Shown here in pieces: positions 1 to 11,525 of a stretch of 64,000 nucleotides of DNA (within the stretch, counting starts at the first letter, position 1; each line of letters begins with the position of its first letter). The notes beneath the pieces were generated by a model that did no database searches, was not told where the DNA came from, and saw only the letters and a program-made list of their open reading frames with translations. Position numbers and translations under genes: made by a program. Origin of the DNA: Macrostomum hystrix (lineage: Eukaryota > Animalia > Platyhelminthes). The stretch is taken from NCBI GenBank assembly GCA_950097015.1, contig CATNEN010000029.1, positions 5,642,001 to 5,706,000 of the forward strand, written 5' to 3'.

Positions 1-948
1 CTCTCTCCAATGTCTCCCTACCAATCTCTCTCCAATGTCTTCTTATCAATCTCTCTCCAATGTCTCCCTACCAATCTCTCTCCAATGTCTCCCTATCAAT
101 CTCTCTCCAATGTCTCCCTATCAATCTCTCTCCAATGTCTCCCTATCAATCTCTCTCCAATGTCTCCCTATCAATTTCTCTCCAATGTCTCCCTATCAAT
201 TTCTCTCCAATGTCTCCCTATCAATCTCTCTCCAATGTCTCCCTATCAATTTCTCTCCAATGTCTCTCTATCAATTTCTCTCCAATGTCTCCTTATCAAT
301 TTCTCTCCAATGTCTCCCTATCAATTTCTCTCCAATGTCTCCCTATCAATCTCTCTCCAATGTCTCCTAATCAATCTCTCTCCAATGTCCCCCTATCAAT
401 ATCTCTCCAATGTCTCCCTATCAATCCCTCTCCAATGTCCCCCTATCAATATCTCTCCAATGTCTCCCTATCAATTTCTCTCCAATGTCTCCCTATCAAT
501 CTCTCTCCAATGTCTCCTTATCAATCCCTCTCCAATGTCTCCCTATCAATTTCTCTCCAATGTCTCCCTATCAATCTCTCTCCAATGTCTCCCTATCAAT
601 TTCTCTCCAATGTCTCCCTATCAATCTCTCTCCAATGTCTCCCTATCAATCTCTCTCCAATGTCTCCTAATCAATCTCTCTCCAATGTCTCCTTATCAAT
701 CTCTCTCCAATGTCTCCTAATCAATCTCTCTCCAATGTCTCCTAATCAATCTCTCTCCAATGTCTCCCTATCAATTTCTCTCCAATGTCTCCCTATCAAT
801 TTCTCTCCAATGTCTCTCTATCAATTTCTCTCCAATGTCTCCTTATCAATCTCTCTCCAATGTCTTATTATCAATCTCTCTCCAATGTCTCCTTATCAAT
901 CTCTCCAATGTCTCCCTATCAATCTCTCTCCAATGTCTCCCTATCAAT
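1..948. repeat. 25-bp tandem array (CTCTCTCCAATGTCTCCCTATCAAT), truncated by the window start
   Basis: Unit is directly visible, ~38 copies with point variants. The ORFs at 10-1038 are its periodic translation. Confidence 0.97.
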
Positions 949-1703
949 CAATCCCCACATGAAATATTGAGTAGGCAAATACTTTCAGGTCATCAGTGTA
1001 CTCCAATCATTGGAGCATGTCCAACAAAGGAGACATGATTCTCCAAAGTTCTTCGCAACTTCATGAGTCGCTCGGCGCCCGCCAGCGATGAAGATCTACA
1101 AGTGTGGCGGCGGGGCTATGGCCAGAGCAGATTACAGATCTGTCAGCGCCAATCAGTGCTGCATGGGCCGAAAAACTCACGGCCCAATGCGCAGTTGCAC
1201 TTGATTAGGCTGGACATTGGGAGGGAGAGATTGCCGGCCACTTTCACATTCTCCCCCCCTCTCTCTCCCTCTCTCGGCCATCGACGCGACAAAAATTGAA
1301 TCGCGGGGCGACGGCCAGATCTTCTCTTGACGACTCGCGCCCCCCAGTTCCGCATTCTTTGCTGCTTCTCTTCAGGGGCGGGGGGGCCAGGAGGGGGTGG
1401 GGCGCCTTTCCCCGGCTAAGCCTCCCTAGAAGCGGTTTATCCCGCAGAGCAAATCCACTTACGCCTCCTCGAACGCCAGCTCCCCTCTACCCGCCCTCGA
1501 GCGGGCCGACCTCGCCTTCCCCACCCCGCCAGGTCCCGGCCGGCTCAGCCGACTGCATGGCTTCATGGCAGCCAGCAATTGGCCAGCTGGGATAAGCTGC
1601 AGTTTTTTATCTGGCTGGATTTAGGCTCGGCATTGGCAGAGAGGGCGGCAACTCCAGCTGGCAACTAAAAAGAAAAAATACAACACTGGCTGGCAACCTT
1701 TGT

Positions 1704-2696
1704 GTGGAAAGTATGTCGCGGGCAGCATTGATTATTGTTGCTATAGCAACAGTGGCCAGCTCGCAGCAACTGCAAATGCCGTCAGCAAAGCTACGCGGTC
1801 TGCGGGTGATCTTGGGTGCCATGCCGTGGTCAGAGGCGGCACAGCTATGCGCCAAAGAGGGTCTGACATTGGCGCCCGCCGCAGCCGTGGCTGGAGGCGC
1901 CGCCATCGCTGGCAGCCGGCTGGCCGAGGAGCGGGTCGATCGGCGGCTCTGGATCGACGGCACTCGCGATCGGCGTCGGTGCAGCTGCCGTTGGGAGCTG
2001 GGCGGCGAAGGCACCGGGGAAGTGTCCGAGGACTGGCAGTTGGCCAGGAACGAGTGCCTGACTATTCAGCCGCCCGCACTGATCGGGTTCGCCGACTGCC
2101 AGCAGTATCAGGGCGGCGCCCTCTGCTCCCTACCGTTGCCACAGCTGCCGACTCCGACGGCTAAGCCGACAATGCCGACCTCCACAACAGCCGTGTCAGC
2201 TGCGTCTGCTGCCGCTGCAGCAGCAGCAGCCGCAGCGGCAGCAGCAGCGGCGGCAGCGGCTGGGCAGCACCGAGAAGCCTGGCTGCCGGCAGCCGCGGCG
2301 TCTCTTGCCGTTTGCCTGCTGGTCATTGTCGCCCTGCTGGTCATCATCGCCGCCCAGCGTGCTTCGACTTTATCGTCCGGAGCCTCGTCAGCAGTGGCAT
2401 CCCTTGCCATGTCGAGGGGCGGCGTCTGTGGAGGCGGCGCGGCCGCGCATAGAGTCATGAGTGGTTGCCATGGTAACACGGGCCCTACGCCGCGCCAGGT
2501 GTTCGCCAATCGGCGCACTGCGGCAACTGCGCCGCTAAACCTAGGAGGGCGGTCGGCGAATGCGCCAACGGCAGCGGTGGAGGAGGGGCCATGTGAGATC
2601 ACCTCCCTGTATGAGGCGGCAGTCTGCGGCGGCGTTGTCGGCGGCTGCTGCAGTAGCAGCAACACAATGGGGACTCTGTCGAGCCACAAACTGTGA
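1704..2696 (+). CDS. Intronless single-pass membrane protein with a divergent C-type lectin-like domain (330 aa)
   Basis: Hydrophobic signal peptide (AALIIVAIATVASS). CTLD-like pattern MPWSEAAQLCAKEGLTLA...LWIDG...C...FADC...ALC, then a Thr/Pro stalk, poly-Ala, a TM segment (SLAVCLLVIVALLVIIAA) and a cytoplasmic tail. Confidence 0.7.
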   Translation: MESMSRAALIIVAIATVASSQQLQMPSAKLRGLRVILGAMPWSEAAQLCAKEGLTLAPAAAVAGGAAIAGSRLAEERVDRRLWIDGTRDRRRCSCRWELGGEGTGEVSEDWQLARNECLTIQPPALIGFADCQQYQGGALCSLPLPQLPTPTAKPTMPTSTTAVSAASAAAAAAAAAAAAAAAAAAGQHREAWLPAAAASLAVCLLVIVALLVIIAAQRASTLSSGASSAVASLAMSRGGVCGGGAAAHRVMSGCHGNTGPTPRQVFANRRTAATAPLNLGGRSANAPTAAVEEGPCEITSLYEAAVCGGVVGGCCSSSNTMGTLSSHKL

Positions 2697-2905
2697 AGCC
2701 TCTCGGCGTCTAAACCAATCAATTACCTGCTAGTGTTACCTGCTCTTTATCCGATTACGAGAACATATTTAACAGGTTCAGATATCTACCCCCAGTTTCT
2801 GGTTCTCCGGATCCAGATCCCACAAAGCATTAGCCTTTAAAATCCTGATCCCACAAACCCTCGATTAATCAGTTGCGCCCACCGACCCCAAACCCGAAAT
2901 CCCAA

Positions 2906-3961
2906 GGATCCAGATCCCACAAATCATTAGTCCTCAGGATCCAGATCCCACAATTCATTAGTCCTCAGGATCCAGATCCCACAATTCATTAGTCCTCAGG
3001 ATCCAGATCCCACAAATCATTAGTCCTCAGGATCCAGATCCCACAAATCATTAGTCCTCAGGATCCAGATCCCACAAATCATTAGTCCTCAGGATCCAGA
3101 TCCCACAAATCATTAGTCCTCAGGATCCAGATCCCACAAATCATTAGTCCTCAGGATCCAGATCCCACAAATCATTAGTCCTCAGGATCCAGATCCCACA
3201 AATCATTAGTCCTCAGGATCCAGATCCCACAAATCATTAGTCCTCAGGATCCAGATCCCACAAATCATTAGTCCTCAGGATCCAGATCCCACAAATCATT
3301 AGTCCTCAGGATCCAGATCCCACAAATCATTAGTCCTCAGGATCCAGATCCCACAAATCATTAGTCTTCAGGATCCAGATCCCACAATTCATTAGTCCTC
3401 AGGATCCAGATCCCACAAATCATTAGTCCTCAGGATCCAGATCCCACAAATCATTAGTCCTCAGGATCCAGATCCCACAAATCATTAGTCCTCAGGATCC
3501 AGATCCCACAAATCATTAGTCCTCAGGATCCAGATCCCACAAATCATTAGTCCTCAGGATCCAGATCCCACAAATCATTAGTCCTCAGGATCCAGATCCC
3601 ACAAATCATTAGTCCTCAGGATCCAGATCCCACAATTCATTAGTCCTCAGGATCCAGATCCCACAAATCATTAGTCCTCAGGATCCAGATCCCACAAATC
3701 ATTAGTCCTCAGGATCCAGATCCCACAAATCATTAGTCCTCAGGATCCAGATCCCACAAATCATTAGTCCTCAGGATCCAGATCCCACAAATCATTAGTC
3801 CTCAGGATCCAGATCCAACAATTCATTAGTCCTCAGGATCCAGATCCAACAAATCATTAGTCCTCAGGATCCAGATCCCACAAATCATTAGTCCTCAGGA
3901 TCCAGATCCCACAAATCATTAGTCCTCAGGATCCAGATCCCACAAATCATTAGTCCTCGGA
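2906..3961. repeat. 31-bp tandem array (GGATCCAGATCCCACAAATCATTAGTCCTCA), ~34 copies
   Basis: Highly homogeneous unit; degenerate precursor-like copies at ~2808-2900. Confidence 0.97.
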
Positions 3962-5420
3962 ATCTAGATCTAAATAAAATTTCATCTGTGATTCGCTGTA
4001 CACCTAGACATTAGATGTCATTGCCATAGAACTACGGGCCATTGTATCACTAAAGAACAGAGTCTAACTAGTATGTATTTATAATATGGTAAGTATATTT
4101 ATCGATCAAAACGCTCAATAACCTGATCTGATCTGTAATATGTACATTTTTGCTTTCATTTGCCACCACAGCGAGAAACCAAATTCTATATAATTTGGAA
4201 ATTGTAAATGCAGTCCATTATCTGTCAAAGTTTATAAAAATAAAATAATTTTTCTGGTTGCACCTGAATCTGAATGCAACTCACACATCTCACTTGAGTT
4301 GATCTGTTTTCTGGTTAATCTTTTTGTTACGCAATCGCCACGATGGCTTTAAGTGGCCGTCCGTCAATCATCTGTGTTTAGATCATTTCGCTGTCAGAAA
4401 CCGTTTGCTCTTGAAAGCCAAACAGAATCCCTACCTCAGGTTGAGTATAGGTCCAATTTGCTAGTGTATAAGTTGTGTAAGGCCAGAATTTTATTCTCGA
4501 CCAGATCTATATATGCTCTAACGAGCACTGGACCTGCAGTGAGAAGATGTCCCTACCGAATTACCGCTCTATAGGGGGCCAGCATGGCCAACTTTAGTAA
4601 TGGGCGAGTCTATCAGCCATTCTTGGAAATCGGCACAGTGCCATGGCAAGTGTGGGGAGCAAATCCAAGCCCGTCGCTTCACACCCACATTCACACTCGC
4701 AGCCGACCACGCAGAGACTAAAAGCCTATTTACGCTAGTGGCAGTGGATGCTGCGCTGACCAATTTGTCCTCATCAATTCCGCCTGCTTTGCCGCGGAGG
4801 CGACAAAGAATGCGGCTGAACACAACGGGCAGCGGCCCTCCAGCAGCAGGGCGTGTTAGCCGCCGAATTCTCTATAATTTGGGTAAGACTTCTTTCGTGC
4901 CAAAACTCCCTTTTATTCGCCAGCTTATCCCGCATATAGAAGGGCTACTGTTTGCATTGCGAACACTCAGCCAACACTCGAATGGGAAATTTGTGGGAAA
5001 ATATTTCAACCAACTCCCTTTAAATGCACAGCGGTCGATGTGAATTGTGTTTCAGACATGTCTGACTATGGACAGGCCTTTGAGGTCGTATCGGATTTCG
5101 AGCCTAAAAAATATGCGAATTCACTTCAAATACACAGCTTCGACTCTAAACATTGATCAAACTGGACTGAAGCTGCATGTTTATAACCAATGAAGCTGGT
5201 TATTTTTCATATTCAAGTCAAGACACGCTACCATATTACAAATGGCTCGCAAATCAATTGATCAATTGATACTCACATATCAATCATGCTACATATTTCT
5301 AAAAAGAAATTGAGTCTTTAGTATATATGAACTAGCAAGTTAAGCCCCCCCCGGAGTGGGCATTTTCGCGCAAATTTATTTTGCAAAAATCCGTGTCTCT
5401 TCCTCTTAATAAATACGAGT

Positions 5421-5724
5421 AATAATTGCAGGAGAGCTGTAGACCCACAGCCAGCGAGGAGGCAATTCTGCCCATTTCGCTGACTCCTGAGCACACACGC
5501 ACACAGATACTGTACGCAGGCACACACACACAGATGTGTACATCTACCCAGACATTCTCAGTGTCTGGGCAGTCACACTTTCGCTGCGCCTTGGAGGTTG
5601 ACCCTCAAAGGGTGTAAATTGTACTAAAAGCTTCAAGCCTTCTCTCCGCGGCTGCGCCCCAAATGAATGTGGCCTCGCCGTGGAATCGAGCTCAGGGACC
5701 TTGGTGCGTTAACCACTCTGTCAC
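5421..5724 (-). mobile_element. tRNA-derived SINE family A, copy 1
   Basis: Reverse strand reads box A-like GACAGAGTGG, box B-like GAGCTCGATTCC, the shared body and a (ATT)n tail. Homologous to 20733-21105. Confidence 0.85.
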
Positions 5725-7548
5725 TGATCCCCTGCCTCTTGCTCTTATTTCACAATGGGTTTCCCAATGTACAGCATTTAGTTTTATTTGAAGACAAAAA
5801 GAGCAACAATAAAATCAGCAGCGCGCATAGATATAGCACAGGATGCACAACAGGATCAACAAGGCTTTGCACTATAACATGTTTGCGCTGGGCAAATGTA
5901 TTATAATTAGTGATTAATCGTTTATTATAATGCTAAGTTCTTATTCATATTTAGATTTGATTACAATATTTAAAAAGTGCGCATATTCACACAGGTGCTG
6001 CTCATACATCGGCCAGTTGCGAGTAAATAAAGCATGAGATATACTTACACTAGTATGCAGATATTATCATACCGCTGCCACTGATTCAGGAGTTCGTATA
6101 ATGGGATGCGGTGTGGGAATATATAATGTGCAGATGTATTGCGGTGCAAACTCCAGGTCTATAAGAGTTATGTATTTGTGAATTATGAATATATAGATAC
6201 CATTTTAAACTACCTATGTACAGACAGACGCAATCAATAAATAGCACAAAGAATTCACTGAAGGAGTGAGATAAAGAAACTGCATGTTACTGAAGTAGCA
6301 AAAGCACTAATTTGTTGTCTATTTAATTATTATATCGCATACCTCTTACCTCAGAACCATACAGCGATGTTTAAACCCGATTTCTCCCATAAAATAGTCA
6401 CTAAAAAAGCCAACCTTAATATAATCTAACGTTAGAAAAAACGATTTTTAAGACAATAAAAGGCTGAAATCAAAGGTCAAATAAAAAAGTTAACAAAGAA
6501 AAAACCCGACTGGCTTTTTAAATAAAAAAGCTTGTACGAAACTTTTTGATCGCGCCTGCCCATTTCTAGTCTTCTAGTACCTAAAGCCGCGGGAAAAAAG
6601 CAAATAGTAAAAAATCTCAGTAAATAACAATCAACAACAGCAACAGCAACAGCGTTCAGTTCATGTCCCGGTACAGTCAGATGAGAGCTGCCAGCGAGAC
6701 GTTTTTGAATACGATCCATTTTTATAACAAACTGAATTATGGAGAAAAGCAAAACGATACACTGGCTTTAAAATAACAGAAGGCAGATATTAATAACTAT
6801 CGAACGCTTCAGATAAATGACAATTTCGTAAATGAAACAGTGAAAGCGAAGAACTCAAAGCAGGAAATGTGCAACTCGTTAATGAACAGGTAGTTCTACA
6901 AACAGGTTTAGCATAAATGACATATTCTTACCTAACTAAAACAGTACACTAGAGCCCAGAATTGATGGGCGAACAAGCAAACAATAATTAAGCAGACAGG
7001 TTCAACAAAAACAGGTTCAACAGCTATTAACAAATGGGGTCATAAACGGTGAACTCGGCTAAGGTAAAGTCAGCTAAGGTACCAGGATGTTACAAATAGG
7101 CAATTCGGTATTTCCTAACTACAAGTTAGATTTCGCCCGTTGCCCTAGCAAAAAAGCGCAAATCTGTTATTAAAGACACAAACGAACTAGCAACACTATT
7201 TTAATGTGACTATATTTGGCTAATCAGCTGCCAGTCCAACAGTGACACGGAGTGACAGATGTTGTTAATAAAATTTAATAAAATGTTTTTTTTCAACAAA
7301 AAACTAAAACGTTAAGGGAGGAGGAGAACATTGACGCTGGAGGAAAACAAAGATAAAGGCGTGACGTCGGAAAAATCGCTGCCTTAAATAGTATAAAAGA
7401 AACATAACTCAAAGCGCCACTCGAGTGGCAGCTTTTATTCAGCTCTACTGCTTCAGGCTGTAGGGGGAGACGAGTCGGGCTTACAGGGGACGGACTCTGA
7501 GGAAGTCTGGGAGCAGAGCGGACAGGCAGGCCGGCTGTGTCTGCGGGG

Positions 7549-8703
7549 CTAGGAGGCGGGCTCGCTGCCGGCGCCGCTTCCATCAGTGTCGCCGCCGCCG
7601 CCCGCTTTGCCGCCGTTGCTAATGGCAACCGTCGGTGTCGCTTCAACGTCTACTGCGGCTGCAGACGCCTCTTTATTGTCGGAGGACGGGCCCGGGTCGA
7701 CGTCCGCCTCCGCCTCCGCTTTTGCCTCTTCCTCCTCCTTCAGTGCATTTGTGTCTGCGCCAACGTCGTCAATTACAGTGTCCGCAGCTGTTGATGAGTC
7801 TTTGTCATCGCCGTCAGTCTTCGCGTCCGGTTCAGGAGCGGCGGTGTCCTTTTCGACGACTTCCGCTTCAGACGTATCTGGAGCGGCTTCTTTGGAGTGT
7901 TCGGCGTTCGCCTCTACAGACTCCGACACCTTCGCGTCGTCCTTCACAGCTGGCGTTTTCTCTTCTTCATTGTCTGCCGACTTCTCCGCCGAATCCGAAT
8001 CGGCTGTAGAAGCTTCGGAAGCGGAGGCGGCGGCGGCAGCAGCGGTAGCTGATTCGGTCGAAGTCGACTCGCGGTCCGATTTGCCCACCTCTTTCTTACC
8101 CACTGTAGCCTCCGCAGCTGATTTATCTTTGCCTTTATCCGAAGCCTTTATATCTTTGTCCGGCTTTGCGTCTTTATTATTCGGCTTGGAGTCGGTTGAG
8201 TTTGACAGCGCCGGCGTCGGCGCCGAATCCAACGCGGCCATTTTAGCGGCTGCCGGTGGCGCCTTAGCCGCGGCGGCGGGCGTCGCCCTCGAGCCAGAAG
8301 CAACCGGAGCAGATTTAGCAGCGGCCTTGCTGCCTGCAGCTGTCGAAGAAGAAGCCGACGCGGCTGCCGGATCCACCAGCTTGGCTAGTCCGCCGCATTT
8401 CGTCTCCTCGAAGCTGACCTCGCCGCTCTCCAGCCGCATAATGAACTGATGCACATCGCGCACCTGGCCCAGGGGATTCTCCGGCTGACAGGGCATGGAT
8501 GCCAGGAAGCAGTGCGCGTCTCGGAAGGGTGCCACAATGTGCACAAGCTGGTTGTCACTGGACGGCCTGTATAAGTACTTTCTGCCATCCAGGGTCTGCT
8601 CCTCGAAGTGGTAGATGTTGAAATTGCCAAGATTGATGGCGTGAAACTTTTTGGCGAACAATTCCACCAGGCTCAGCTTGGTCTGCTTGGCCGGCGTTGC
8701 CAT
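7549..8703 (-). CDS. Unknown 384-aa protein: ~95-aa globular N-terminal domain plus a long acidic Ala/Lys/Glu/Asp-rich disordered tail
   Basis: Clean ATG-to-TAG ORF. The N-terminus is homologous to the ORF at 10082-10387 (shared NIYHFEE, GRKYL.RP, SMPC). Confidence 0.8.
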   Translation of the reverse strand: MATPAKQTKLSLVELFAKKFHAINLGNFNIYHFEEQTLDGRKYLYRPSSDNQLVHIVAPFRDAHCFLASMPCQPENPLGQVRDVHQFIMRLESGEVSFEETKCGGLAKLVDPAAASASSSTAAGSKAAAKSAPVASGSRATPAAAAKAPPAAAKMAALDSAPTPALSNSTDSKPNNKDAKPDKDIKASDKGKDKSAAEATVGKKEVGKSDRESTSTESATAAAAAASASEASTADSDSAEKSADNEEEKTPAVKDDAKVSESVEANAEHSKEAAPDTSEAEVVEKDTAAPEPDAKTDGDDKDSSTAADTVIDDVGADTNALKEEEEAKAEAEADVDPGPSSDNKEASAAAVDVEATPTVAISNGGKAGGGGDTDGSGAGSEPAS

Positions 8704-10081
8704 AGCAATTGAACAAGCGAAACGTATTAGAGAGAGGTGTCAGGACGGCGACTCTCTCGCTCAACGATTTCTTCCCGATGAAGCTAAAGATGGAGGCTGG
8801 AAAAGAAGATTGTTTTAGACTAGATTAACAAAAACTGTTATAAAATGGTTACTTCCTGAGCCCTTAAATTAGTTAACACCTCCGGTTCCTAAGTGAGTTA
8901 CAAGTTGAAAACGAAGCCTTAGTTCTACTCTGTTAGACGGTAGAGGCAAAACAGTGAAAAACCAAATATGATGCTGCATAATAAAACACTCACAAATCGA
9001 TTGCAGCAATTGTTTATTTTCATGCAATAAGTGAAGCAATATTCGACAATAGCAAACGACAGCCGCACACGGTTATTAATACAGCTAAAATAACAAGCAG
9101 AATAGTTCGAATGTTACAATCGGACAAGGGAAACAAGAGGCAATTCAAAAGCGGTACAAGCACCTGCTTTTTAAAGCAAGTGCTCACTTAGCAAACGTGA
9201 AAGTTAGTAAATATAAACAATATAGCAGACAGAATTGAACAGAAACAACGATTGCCGCATTCTCTCAAATGAAAGCATTACGTATTGAAAGCGTTTTTTA
9301 TTAAAAACAACAACAAAGAGTTAAAATGATATTATGTAAAAGCTAACAAAGCAAGCAGGAAGTTTAGCGCACTCCGCCTTGTAAAACCGGGTCAATAAAA
9401 ACCGAGATTAACTACTGGGAGCAGTAGCACGGATTGTTTATTAATCGAAAAAAACTCACAATCTTATAATAATATTGAAAGCCGGGTTTGGCTAGGATAA
9501 ACTAGAACAGGTTGACAGGGAAGCGAAACAAAGTATGAAATGGACAAAATTGTGACTAAACATGCCGGACCAATAAGACATTTAGAAACAAAAAAATCAA
9601 AGCCTTTTTTCGGACGGTCGCAAGCATTTTGGTTGCGTGTCTCAAAATTCGAGTGACAGAAGCTAAAATATTCAATTTAAATTACTATTAAAACATAGAA
9701 CTAAATACTTGGCGAAAACTTTCTGTAGACACAGATGCATTAGTATGACAGTACAGTAAAATATCAAACCAGAGAAGTAAAACGAGCAAAGTAGAAGAAC
9801 AATATCCAAAATATGAAATGTCGGCATGTTTTTTTTTAATTTCGAGAATACTTTTTAAAGATTGAAATGAATCTTAACTATATACTATACAGCGTATATT
9901 TTCTGACTAAGGAGGCTAGCAAGATAAAAGCGACAATAAAAACCTCTAAAAGGACAAAAGTTTGTAAAATGAGCAGATTTAGCTAACTGTAATCGTATCG
10001 TTACCCGACAGCCTGCTACCATTTCATTGCTATGTGAGACTAAGTACATGAGTACAGAAACACACAGAGACTAGCAGAGTG

Positions 10082-10387
10082 TCAGGCGGGCACAGACTCC
10101 GACTGTACAACATACTGATGGATGTGGTGCACCAGTGCGGCCGGATCGCCGCCAGGACAGGGCATAGACACCAGCAGGCACATGCGCTCGCGATATTTCA
10201 GCACCACAGTCACCATGTCGTTGCGCACAGATGGCCGGAATAGATATTTCCGGCCCGCGATGCTAAGCTCTTCGAAGTGATAAATATTGTAATTGTCCGG
10301 ATTAAAGCAGTGCAGCTTGCGACTGAAAATGTCTCCAATCTCAGCCAGTTGAGCACTCGGTTGCCGGTTCTCAACGTCTGAGGACAT
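10082..10387 (-). CDS. Unknown 101-aa protein consisting only of the domain shared with 7549-8703
   Basis: ATG at 10387 (MSSDVENRQ...), with a 3' splice-site-like GTCCCACAG just upstream. Paralogy supports coding status. Confidence 0.75.
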   Translation of the reverse strand: MSSDVENRQPSAQLAEIGDIFSRKLHCFNPDNYNIYHFEELSIAGRKYLFRPSVRNDMVTVVLKYRERMCLLVSMPCPGGDPAALVHHIHQYVVQSESVPA

Positions 10388-11234
10388 TGTGTCCGTGTCT
10401 GTATGTGTGGGCGGCTGTGGGACAGACACATTCAGTATGATAAAGTAAACAGCAACAAACTAACAGCAGCAAGCATGCACACAGACACAAGTACAATTTA
10501 AAGTACTCTTTCATTCGTCTCTATGTATCATGTACACTTACAATAATATTCAAATACCAATATATTACCTTACTGGCAAAAATGTGTACAATGGAAGTTA
10601 CAACAACAAACAAAACAAAAAATACAAACATAATATTAATGGTTAAAACTTAAAACAAGAAAGACCACACTAATTTCGAATCTATATCAGTTCAAAAGAG
10701 CATAAATTAACAAAAAATCCCTTCTAAAACCCTGCTTATTTTCTAGAAAACAATGTAAAATTAAAACACTTGGATACAAAAAGCACAACACATTGAAGCT
10801 AAATTAAAAGCAAAGCCAAAGTATAAACACTTGGCCCAAAATGAAAGGAAATGTTTTCACAGTATAAACTTTATCAACTAAGGTATATAAGAAATACTCG
10901 TAAATTCTTAAAAAAATAGAACACTCAAATGGAAATTTATATTAACCATATAAGTTAGGGCTGTACTATAACTTTATTTCCAAAAATTTATTTTATATAG
11001 ACCATAGAATTTAAGAGGAACTGACAAGTAGAAAAAGGATCTGAACTTACACAAAATATCCAACATATGACAATTTTACTGTAGCTAAGCTATAGTATTT
11101 TTTTACTAGCTAAGCTCTAGCTTTGATATTTGTGTACTTAATACCATGCAACACTAAAATATAAAGTGTGACTAGTATTCACTAAAGTAACAAAACATAT
11201 AATCATAAGAATTGTAATAAAGAATAATAATTAT

Positions 11235-11525
11235 AATAATTGATTACACCTGCCCCAATAGGGTTAGATGTGCAGCCGACAGCACAGCTGAAGCTATTGC
11301 ACAGCACATCTGAAGGCTGTGTACAGCTGTTCAGTCCATAGACTAGGGTGATGCCACACCCACCTTCAATTATCCCAGCAAATGCTGGTACCAATTTAAC
11401 AGCTGGGTAAACTGAAACACTGCAGAGTTAAGTGTCTCGCTAAAGGACACAAATTGTTTCAGTGGATTTGAGAATCAAACCCCAACCTTCAAGCTTTGAG
11501 TCCAATGCCCTAAGCACTAGGCTAA
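11235..11525 (-). mobile_element. CORE-type (MIR-like) SINE, family B copy 1
   Basis: The + strand ...TTTAACAGCTGGGTAAACTGAAACACTGCAGAGTTAAGTGTCTCGCTAAAGGACAC... resembles the reverse complement of the MIR CORE as I recall it. Homologous to 55028-55300. Confidence 0.7.

Noticed and set aside
10-1038. Long ORFs MSPYQSLSNVSLSISLQCL...
   Set aside because: Translations of the 25-bp array; periodic, with no coding signature.
975-1300. Possible terminal exon after TTTCAG at ~985
   Set aside because: All frames hit stops or give no recognisable protein; cannot be supported without upstream sequence.
2906-3961. CRISPR-like appearance of the regular arrays
   Set aside because: The units are contiguous with no unique spacers, the context is eukaryotic, and there are no cas genes.
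4570-5043. GC-rich ORF 4600-5043 with a donor-like GGTAAGA at ~4882
   Set aside because: No motif, no partner exon and no clear codon bias; left uncalled.
5790-6360. Several AG/GT-bounded segments on the minus strand
   Set aside because: Could not be assembled into a consistent reading frame; may be UTR or chance sites.
7586-8449. 287-aa + strand ORF
   Set aside because: Antisense shadow of the GC-rich 7549-8703 gene.
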